DNA of 64,000 bases, taken from NCBI GenBank assembly GCA_934718085.1, contig CAKUZL010000003.1:76962-140961 (forward strand), read 5' to 3'. The position numbers and the translations under genes are program-made. This document shows positions 28,932-36,452 of this stretch, piece by piece; position 1 is the stretch's first letter; the number at the start of each line of letters is the position of its first letter. This DNA is from an uncultured Candidatus Melainabacteria bacterium. Its GTDB lineage: Bacteria > Cyanobacteriota > Vampirovibrionia > Gastranaerophilales > Gastranaerophilaceae. The notes under the pieces are model-generated. The model made no database searches and was not told the origin of the DNA. It saw only the letters and a program-made list of their open reading frames with translations.

Positions 28932-29115
28932 AACGTGTCTCCCAACGTTACCAATATACACCGATTTTAATGCGTTTTCACCCTTTATAAGATTTATAAC
29001 CCGTGATTCAAATTTAAACCCGTAGTTCAATTTGTTTTGCCGAACCGGGTAATTTTAAATTTTTGGTAAACATAGACAATATATTTGCAGAGAAAAGAAA
29101 GATGAGGAACGAAAA

Positions 29116-29961
29116 ATGAATTCTATCGTATTGACCGCACCGAAATCAAATCTTAAAAATTTTGAACAGTTATTTATCGAAATGACTTCATATTCGCTTG
29201 ATTACAACCCGTCAGGCATGCCGGCGTCAAGAATGAAAAAACTTTCGAAAAGCGAGTATATGTCGTTCGAAAAAATCAGAACCTCGTTTTCGGAGCTAAA
29301 AGGCAATAAAATTAAGTATATTCATCTTTGCGGCGCGGAACCGATGCTTCATCCCGAATTCAATTCGATTTTGCGCTATTGTCTTAAGCATGCCTCAACC
29401 GTCATTCACACCCACGGATACAGCATTAACGATAAAAAAGCCGGATTTTTCGCAAAAGTCGAGAAAGAGAATTCTTACGGAAATGAAATTGTCGTCGCGT
29501 TAAAGCTTTCTCACTACGACGAACGCAAAAACGACGATTACATGGGGCGCGGCACCTGGCGAAAAATCGTCCATGCCTTGTGCTCGCTTCAAAAAAACGG
29601 ATATACTCCCGTTGTGTCCGTCGTAAATCACGAAAATATCGACGAAGAAGTTCTGAAAAACAAGTATTTTGCCATGTTTAACCAAACGGGAATTTCTTCC
29701 GAAAACATGATGTTCAAAATCGTTCCCGATTCGGCATGCCTAGGCGAGTTTGACGCAAAACGAGAATACATTAATACGGATTGTTGCAAATCAAGAACCC
29801 TCGGACTCACGGGGATTTACAACTGTCCGTTTGCGACTTCGGACTACAGATGTTATTCCGGCGCGGATTTCAACGACTTTTCAAAGCATGCCAATTTGGA
29901 GCTTTCACCGTGTTTGGCATGTATGCAAAACGACATGTCTATGATGACTTTGAGCGTATAG
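29116..29961 (+). CDS. radical-SAM/SPASM-fold protein lacking the CX3CX2C cluster motif
   Basis: CGAEPMLHPEF corresponds to GGEPLL, HTHGY to TNG, and LKLSHYDERKNDDYMGRGTWRKIV to vSlDg..hD..RG.G.f. The C-terminus is Cys-rich. The position of CNLxCxYC reads YSLDYNPS. Confidence 0.55.
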   Translation: MNSIVLTAPKSNLKNFEQLFIEMTSYSLDYNPSGMPASRMKKLSKSEYMSFEKIRTSFSELKGNKIKYIHLCGAEPMLHPEFNSILRYCLKHASTVIHTHGYSINDKKAGFFAKVEKENSYGNEIVVALKLSHYDERKNDDYMGRGTWRKIVHALCSLQKNGYTPVVSVVNHENIDEEVLKNKYFAMFNQTGISSENMMFKIVPDSACLGEFDAKREYINTDCCKSRTLGLTGIYNCPFATSDYRCYSGADFNDFSKHANLELSPCLACMQNDMSMMTLSV

Positions 29962-30168
29962 AGATGTTTTATTAAGTTTTGTAACGTAATTTTTTTACCG
30001 AGTATGGAGCGAAAAATCCCGATATAATTGAGTATAGCGCATTTCTTTAAAAAGGCTTCAAAAAATATATACAAAATATTTCATTAAAAAGGCAATTTTT
30101 TAAAGCGTCATGTTTTTATATAAGTAAGAGGTCGATAAAAGAAACAGACGAAAGTCGGGAGAACACAA

Positions 30169-30729
30169 ATGGGCTTATACTTGGCAAAACAATTAAGGTT
30201 ATATCAGCTGTACAACGTTAAGAGAGAAATCGAGCGTAAGCAGCTTGAGATGAACCAACAGATGACCGATTTGATGAATTATAACTCGGCAATATCAGAC
30301 GGGTTTATAGCTCCCGATGAATTTGTGTCACTTTGCAGTAATCCGCTTCTTGCAACAAGAGCTGCGGGGTTTGCGGTTAATTTCTCGCAATCGCTTAATC
30401 CTGCGGTAATCCAACCGTATATTCAAAAAGCAAGTATGACGGCAATGTATCAGGCAGCTGCTTTGGGTCAGGTTTTCAAAAATAATCCTCAATACGCACA
30501 GTCACAAATGCCTCAATTTGATACTAACTATTGTTTGTCCAATGCGGTTGAAATGGTTAAAAACATTATGATTAAGCAAGAAGGTCAGTTGATGAGTAAA
30601 CTTCAATCGAGAATGGATCAGGAAAAAATCGCTCTCGAAACGCAAGCTAAAAAGGTCGATGAAGAAATTAACAGCCTTAAAGAAGCAATTGATAATAACG
30701 CAAAAGACTCGGTAGTTAAATACTCGTAA
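30169..30729 (+). CDS. hypothetical coiled-coil protein (186 aa), monocistronic
   Basis: GGGAGA SD lies upstream. The N- and C-termini are heptad-like and the central part is Q/A-rich. It has its own terminator. No family was recognised. Confidence 0.6.
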   Translation: MGLYLAKQLRLYQLYNVKREIERKQLEMNQQMTDLMNYNSAISDGFIAPDEFVSLCSNPLLATRAAGFAVNFSQSLNPAVIQPYIQKASMTAMYQAAALGQVFKNNPQYAQSQMPQFDTNYCLSNAVEMVKNIMIKQEGQLMSKLQSRMDQEKIALETQAKKVDEEINSLKEAIDNNAKDSVVKYS

Positions 30730-30745
30730 TAAAAATTGAACACAT

Positions 30746-30776
30746 AAAGCTCCTGCCCTCGGGCGGGGCTTTTGTT
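30746..30776 (+). terminator. rho-independent terminator
   Basis: A GC-rich hairpin AAAGCtCCtGCC/GGCGGGGCTTT with one bulge is followed by TTTGTT. Confidence 0.7.
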
Positions 30777-31027
30777 ATGTATTGTTTTTTAGTGCCTGCA
30801 ATAACTTACGCCGCAATAACGTTTTGTCGAACATTTGAATTAACGGTTTATTATTCGGAAAATACTGTACGAAGCAATCGTATCGAAACTCGTGTTATTT
30901 CGTTATTCGAAGACTGTTTATAACTTTTTATTGTCGCAGCTGCAAAGTTGAGACTGTTTTGCACTCGAGAAAACCGCTGCCGTTATCCGTTCGACAACGA
31001 CAACCGACTATATTATATGCCCGGGCG

Positions 31028-31513
31028 CTATTCTATCGACTGAGGTTCGGAAACGTTAATTTTATCGGGCTTAACCGGCTCGGGAACAGGCGCTTCGGGC
31101 TCTTGTTCCTTAGGTTCGGTTACCGTTGTATCCTCATTATTTTCTTTATATTCCGTAAATTCGTTTTCACTGTCTTTATCAATATATGTCGATTCGGTTT
31201 GTTCTTCCGCGCGAGAGTTGTTATAAATTCCGTCGTCATCGTTTTTGATTTCTTTCAAACTCGAATCAACCGAAGCTGCCCCGTATGTTTCGGTTTCAGA
31301 GTTCATGTTGTCCGGGAAATTAAGATTTGGCGAACAAATTTTCAAAAACAAATCTAGCGCAAAAAACGTTACGACAAACACCGTTACAAAAATTAACAAC
31401 AACTTCTTCCAAAAAGGCAGACATCTAAGCTTTTGAAACAAATTTCGGGGCGATTGTTCGTTCCCCGCGTGATTTTGTCTTTTCAGTTCGTTTTCTATAT
31501 ATTTAACCGTCAT
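31028..31513 (-). CDS. single-pass membrane protein with acidic, Pro/Glu-rich C-terminal region (hypothetical)
   Basis: ATG 31513 has a GAGGAAG SD; the ORF-track GTG start is 31528. The TM helix is LLLIFVTVFVVTFFALDLFL. 11-nt overlap with the HEAT-repeat gene. Confidence 0.5.
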   Translation of the reverse strand: MTVKYIENELKRQNHAGNEQSPRNLFQKLRCLPFWKKLLLIFVTVFVVTFFALDLFLKICSPNLNFPDNMNSETETYGAASVDSSLKEIKNDDDGIYNNSRAEEQTESTYIDKDSENEFTEYKENNEDTTVTEPKEQEPEAPVPEPVKPDKINVSEPQSIE

Positions 31514-32462
31514 CTTCTTCCTCGGCACGTTCTATCTCAAGCATTATCTCCTTTGCGGAAGCCGCAAGCCTTGCGGAGGTTGTGCTTTCAATGATATTTT
31601 TAATATAGTCCTTATCTTTTATATTGTAAAGAGCTATCAACGCATTTTTTACAACCTCGTCGGATTTGTCGTTCAAAGCATTGTAAATTAATATTTCGGC
31701 ATTGTCGTCGCCGATTTCGGATAACGCTTCGATAGCCTTTATTCTGACCTGCTCGGAATCGTCGTTCAAAGAATTTTTTAAAGCGTTAAAAACTCTGTCA
31801 TTGTTGGGATTAAGCTTATTTAAAGCTTCTATGACTTTTTCTTTTAAGAACGAAAACTTACTTTCGAGTTTTTTCTTTGTTTCAAGAATTCTCACAAGCG
31901 ATTCTACCGCCTGAACGTCGCCCAACAGACCGAGTGCAAACGCCACGGATTCTTTTATGTAGACGGAATGTTCGGTTTCGTCCTCAAGAACGTCAACAAG
32001 CGGCATGACGGCATATTTATCGCCGATTTTTCCGAGTGCTTCGGCGCAACTTAAGCGAACCTTGTAATTTTCGTTTTTGTCGTTGAGGCAATAAATCAAA
32101 GAGTTTACGGCTGACGAGTCTTTTATGTTTGCCAAAATTTTGACGGCATTTACTTTTATTTGATTTATAATATCGAAATCAAGAATTTTGGCGCGGTGTT
32201 TACCCTTCAAAAGCAGGGTATCTACAAGCACGGGGACACTGAGCGGACTTTTGTACTCGTTCATTTTTTTCAGCAAATAATTCAAAACCCGATAATCGTT
32301 GCTTATCGAGAAAAGGTAGTTTACCGTCAATATTCGGTTTTCGTCCGATTGCCTCTCCAAAACGCAACCGATTTTGGAAATTATCGACTGCGCATCGTCG
32401 GTTCTGTTGATTAAACAGTCCTTAGCAATCTGTTCGAAATTCGGTTGTAGTTCTTCAGCCAT
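31503..32462 (-). CDS. HEAT-repeat (PBS-lyase-like) protein
   Basis: Repeated units match the consensus (R..A..ALG.IGD..AV..L...L.D). Examples are CAEALGKIGDKYAVMPLVDVLED and VAFALGLLGDVQAVESLVRIL. Confidence 0.8.
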   Translation of the reverse strand: MAEELQPNFEQIAKDCLINRTDDAQSIISKIGCVLERQSDENRILTVNYLFSISNDYRVLNYLLKKMNEYKSPLSVPVLVDTLLLKGKHRAKILDFDIINQIKVNAVKILANIKDSSAVNSLIYCLNDKNENYKVRLSCAEALGKIGDKYAVMPLVDVLEDETEHSVYIKESVAFALGLLGDVQAVESLVRILETKKKLESKFSFLKEKVIEALNKLNPNNDRVFNALKNSLNDDSEQVRIKAIEALSEIGDDNAEILIYNALNDKSDEVVKNALIALYNIKDKDYIKNIIESTTSARLAASAKEIMLEIERAEEEDDG

Positions 32463-32500
32463 TTTGCACCCCGATTATTGAGGAAATTGTATACGAAACA

Positions 32501-33073
32501 TTATAAATCCGCAAGCAAATCAAGATTTTTGTTTTCGACCGCGGACATAATTAATTTGTATGCCTCGTCGACGGTTTTGTTCATCGTGAAATTCTCGGGA
32601 ATTATAAGCATATCGGTAGTTTCGGTGTTTATAAATCCTTCGTTTTGAACGACAAAATCTCTGTAAATATTTGTAACGTCGACCATGTCATCGGGTAAAG
32701 AAATATTAAGATTGTAATATTTTAAATCCGATAGAAACGCGTCGATGAATTCGAGGTTAAAATCGGAGTATTCGGCGGGATTGTACGCCGCGAGGGATTG
32801 TTCGTCAAGGTTGATAAACGGATTGTTTTCGATTTTGCAACCCGGCAAATTTGTTTTTAAATATTTTGCCCAAGCGAGACATCCTTTGTGGAAGTAATAG
32901 TTGTTCAGGAGCAATTTGACGAGACTTTTTGCGCATGAATTAAAATAAAGTTTTTTGCGTTTATACGAAGGCATGCTTTCAATGTTTCTGCGAACTCCGT
33001 ACACGAAAGGAGCGGCGTTGGTGAACAAATCGCCGATTCCGGGGTCAAAAGATGCGATATTTTCGGTTTTCAT
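32501..33073 (-). CDS. hypothetical protein (190 aa) translationally coupled to pheS
   Basis: The ATG lies 1 nt after the pheS stop, and a GGAG SD lies within the pheS 3' end. No family was recognised. Confidence 0.55.
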   Translation of the reverse strand: MKTENIASFDPGIGDLFTNAAPFVYGVRRNIESMPSYKRKKLYFNSCAKSLVKLLLNNYYFHKGCLAWAKYLKTNLPGCKIENNPFINLDEQSLAAYNPAEYSDFNLEFIDAFLSDLKYYNLNISLPDDMVDVTNIYRDFVVQNEGFINTETTDMLIIPENFTMNKTVDEAYKLIMSAVENKNLDLLADL

Positions 33074-33074
33074 G

Positions 33075-34121
33075 TTATTTAACTCCGTCGAATTGTGATA
33101 AGAATCTTAAATCGTTGTTGAAAAACAGTCTGATGTCGTCAATTGCGTACTTGAGCATGGTCATACGTTCGATACCGGTTCCGAAAGCAAATCCCGAGTA
33201 TTTTTCGGGGTCGATGCCGCAATTTTTGAGAACGTTTACGTGAACCATTCCGGCACCGAGAACTTCGAGCCAACCGGTTCCGGAACATACTCTGCAACCT
33301 TTTCCGTTACATAAAATACATTGAACGTCGACTTCGACGCTGGGTTCGGTGAACGGGAAGAAGCTGCTTCTGAGCCTTGTCGGGCGTTCCCCTCCGAAAT
33401 ATATGTTTACGAATTCGTTCAGAGTTCCTTTGAGGTCGGCAAGCGTGATGCCTTCGTCAATCAAAAGACCTTCGATTTGGTGGAACATGTTGCTTTTGCG
33501 CGCGCTGACCGATTCGCAGCGATAAACTCTTCCCGGCGAAATGACGCGAATGGGAGGCTTTTGAGAAAGCATCGTTCTTATTTGAGAGTTTGAAGTTTGA
33601 CTTCTCAAAATTACATTGGGCGCAATTTCCGAAAAGAACGTGTCCTGCATATCTCTTGCGGGGTGTTCGGGCGGGAAATTGAGCATGTCGAAATTTATAT
33701 ACTCGGTTTCTGTTTCGGGGGAATTTTCGGGTTTAACTATCGAATACCCCATGCCCTTAAAAATTTCGGTAATTTCGTTTGTTGCGACCGTCAGAGGGTG
33801 AAGTTTTCCGTGCGGAACGTAATCGGAAGGCATCGTGATGTCTACAAATTCGGATTGTAACTTTTCGTTACGTTCTTTCGTCAAAATTTCTTCGCGCTTT
33901 TGATTGAGAATGGACTCAAGTTCGCCCGAAACTTTGTTTAAATAAGCTCCGAAAGACTTTTTCTCTTCGAGCGACAAATCTTTAAGATTTTTCTTTAAAT
34001 TGCTCAACTCGCTTTTTCTTGAAAGATATTTATTTTTGATTTCGTCCAACTGAAGCGAGTTTTGGGCGTTTTTAATTTCCGTTGACGCCGCGTTATATAT
34101 TTTTTCGGTTAATTCTTTCAT
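33075..34121 (-). CDS. pheS: phenylalanine--tRNA ligase alpha subunit
   Basis: The class II motifs FPFTEPSVEVDV and GFAFGTGIERMTMLKY are present. GGAGGAAG SD lies upstream. Confidence 0.95.
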   Translation of the reverse strand: MKELTEKIYNAASTEIKNAQNSLQLDEIKNKYLSRKSELSNLKKNLKDLSLEEKKSFGAYLNKVSGELESILNQKREEILTKERNEKLQSEFVDITMPSDYVPHGKLHPLTVATNEITEIFKGMGYSIVKPENSPETETEYINFDMLNFPPEHPARDMQDTFFSEIAPNVILRSQTSNSQIRTMLSQKPPIRVISPGRVYRCESVSARKSNMFHQIEGLLIDEGITLADLKGTLNEFVNIYFGGERPTRLRSSFFPFTEPSVEVDVQCILCNGKGCRVCSGTGWLEVLGAGMVHVNVLKNCGIDPEKYSGFAFGTGIERMTMLKYAIDDIRLFFNNDLRFLSQFDGVK

Positions 34122-34245
34122 GTCTTCCTCCGAACGGTTACAAAATGATTATACGACAAAAAAATTATAAAAGCGGTTATTTGCAAAAAAAAAGAAATCG
34201 AGGTATCATCATCAATGTAAAACAGTGCGAAGGAAGATTTCCGAA

Positions 34246-34593
34246 ATGGCAAATTACAACAACACAATACCTGTCGAAGTTTATATTTTGACTGCCGATA
34301 ACGACATAAAAGGAACGGTTCACGTTTCCGAATACACCAACAGCAATCGCGAATTGACCGATTTGCTTAACGACACGGGAAAAAGATTTTTGGCGGTTAC
34401 AAATGCCGAAATTATCCCGCGAAATTCGTCGGCTCCGCCGAGAAAATACGACTTTTTGGAAGTTCACATGGACTGCATTCAGCTGGTTCATCCTTCGACA
34501 CAGGTCGTTTTCAAAGAATTCGCAAAGGCGCAGGAAGATATCGCAAGATTTCGCGAGTTGCGCCAAAAATTGAACCAAACAAAACCTTTCTAA
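34246..34593 (+). CDS. hypothetical protein (115 aa)
   Basis: ATG 34246 is preceded by GAAGGAAG; the ORF-track start is 34225. No family was recognised. Confidence 0.5.
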   Translation: MANYNNTIPVEVYILTADNDIKGTVHVSEYTNSNRELTDLLNDTGKRFLAVTNAEIIPRNSSAPPRKYDFLEVHMDCIQLVHPSTQVVFKEFAKAQEDIARFRELRQKLNQTKPF

Positions 34594-34597
34594 TGTT

Positions 34598-35590
34598 ATG
34601 TCAAAAAAAATTTTATTAATAAATTTTGGCGGAATCGGGGACGAAATTTTGTTTTTGCCTGTCGTTTCCGCTTTAAAAAGCAAATTTTCGGATTGCGAAA
34701 TCACGCTTTGCACGGAACCGCGAGCAAAGTGCGTTAAAAGTTTGTCTAAAGATATTGATTACATAATAACCGCAGACATAAAAGGCAAACATAAGTATTT
34801 CGAACTTATCAAACTTTACTTTAAAATGCTCTTCGGAGGCTACGATGCGGTATTTTCGAGCGGTTCAAACAAATTAATCCCTATTTTACTGTTTTTGTCG
34901 GGAATTAAAAAACGAGTCGGCTTTTCAAACGGCTCTTTTTCGGATAAGTTGCTGACACGTGCCGTTTCTCTGAACAAAAATCGTTACGCCGCAAAAATGT
35001 ATTTCGAGCTCGTAAAGGACGAAACCCTCTCGGAATTTGAAAACCCGAAAATCGAAGCGGACAAACTCTCCGGGCTTGACGATTGCATTTTGATTCATCC
35101 GGGAGTCAGCCTGATGAGCATAAAAAAAGGAATTTACAAAAACGTCGATCCCTCGATTTTGCAGACGGTTATTCTCGAATTGTTAAGAAATAATAAGAGA
35201 GTCGTTCTGGCAGGCGGTCCCGACGATGCCGAAATTATCTCAAAAATTCTCGAAAACAAAGAGATTTGCGATAATCCGCTTTTTCTTGATTATTACGGAA
35301 AGACAAAAAATATTTTTGACCTTGCAACGTTGTTTAACAGCGTAAAACTTATATTTTGCTGCGACTCTGCGCCTTTTCACATTGCCGCCGCGCTTAACAA
35401 AAATACCGTGGTGTTTTTCGGTCCGACCGATGAGAAAAAATTGGTTCCCGAAAACAAAAACGTTGCTATTTTGACCGCAAAGTGCGATTGCAGACCCTGC
35501 TTGTGGGATAAGCGGCAAGTAAACTGCAACGATAATTTTTGCCTGAATATTTCTGCGGAAGAAATTTTGGCGGAAATCAACAGGTTTTGA
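34598..35590 (+). CDS. glycosyltransferase family 9 (LPS heptosyltransferase-like)
   Basis: KILLINFGGIGDEILFLPVVSALK and CDSAPFHIAAAL are typical GT9 motifs. Confidence 0.8.
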   Translation: MSKKILLINFGGIGDEILFLPVVSALKSKFSDCEITLCTEPRAKCVKSLSKDIDYIITADIKGKHKYFELIKLYFKMLFGGYDAVFSSGSNKLIPILLFLSGIKKRVGFSNGSFSDKLLTRAVSLNKNRYAAKMYFELVKDETLSEFENPKIEADKLSGLDDCILIHPGVSLMSIKKGIYKNVDPSILQTVILELLRNNKRVVLAGGPDDAEIISKILENKEICDNPLFLDYYGKTKNIFDLATLFNSVKLIFCCDSAPFHIAAALNKNTVVFFGPTDEKKLVPENKNVAILTAKCDCRPCLWDKRQVNCNDNFCLNISAEEILAEINRF

Positions 35591-35617
35591 CGATTTGTGA
35601 TAGAATAAGTTCGAGCT

Positions 35618-36442
35618 ATGAAAAGAAATACGAAAAGAAGAATAAAAAAAATTATAAAAATTGCAATAATCCCGATGATATTGGCGGGAGCGTTTTCCGT
35701 AAACGAGTTTGTGATAAAGCCCGGTGCCGCAAAACACCGAATCGAAAATTCTAAGTACGAGTTTTCTTCGGAAGGCTTTTTGCGTGCGATTTCGGATAAC
35801 GACACGAGAATCGCGAAGGATTTCGTGTTGCTGGGGACTGATATTTCGGCGAAATCTAAAAACGGATTTATGCCCGTGCATGCCGCCGCGTATGTCGGCA
35901 ATACGGAAATTTTACGAGCTTTAAGCGCAAAGGGCGCGAGTTTTGAGCCCGTTGATCCGGGAATACCCGCACCGATATTTTTTGCAATACATTCAGGAAA
36001 CGAAGAAGCAATAGCTTATATAATTTCGAAAGGTGTTGATTTGAACGGAAAAAACCCCGACGGAAGGACTCCCGTAACGGTTGCGGCATCAAAAAACAAC
36101 TACCCCGCGCTCAAACTGCTTACGGAAGCCGGCGCGGACGTAAACATAGCGGGCAAAAACGGCATGACGGCTTTGCATTACGCGGTTTGGAACAATAATT
36201 CGAACATGCTTCAATTTTTGGTTTCACACGGAGCAAAAGTAAACGTTGCGGAAGATACGGGTATTACACCGCTGCACATAGCGGCATACCGCGGAAACGA
36301 CAAAGCGGTTTTGTTGCTTTTAAGTGCGGGCGCGAACGCTGATGCCGTGTCTAAAGACGGTTTAACGCCTTACGACAAAGCTATTGCGAACCAACAGTAC
36401 AAAACGGCGAGAATAATTGCCGAAACAGCTAAAAAACAATAA
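35618..36442 (+). CDS. ankyrin-repeat protein with N-terminal membrane anchor/signal
   Basis: There are at least five ANK units, for example NGMTALHYAVWNNNSNMLQFLVSHGAKVN and TGITPLHIAAYRGNDKAVLLLLSAGANAD. The hydrophobic N-terminus is IAIIPMILAGAF. Confidence 0.85.
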   Translation: MKRNTKRRIKKIIKIAIIPMILAGAFSVNEFVIKPGAAKHRIENSKYEFSSEGFLRAISDNDTRIAKDFVLLGTDISAKSKNGFMPVHAAAYVGNTEILRALSAKGASFEPVDPGIPAPIFFAIHSGNEEAIAYIISKGVDLNGKNPDGRTPVTVAASKNNYPALKLLTEAGADVNIAGKNGMTALHYAVWNNNSNMLQFLVSHGAKVNVAEDTGITPLHIAAYRGNDKAVLLLLSAGANADAVSKDGLTPYDKAIANQQYKTARIIAETAKKQ

Positions 36443-36452
36443 GGAAAGACCT

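Noticed and set aside
30131-30138. GTCGATAA resembling a sigma28 -10 (GCCGATAA) upstream of the coiled-coil ORF
   Set aside because: There is no TAAA -35 element at the required spacing of about 15 nt. The nearest TAAA is 26 nt away.
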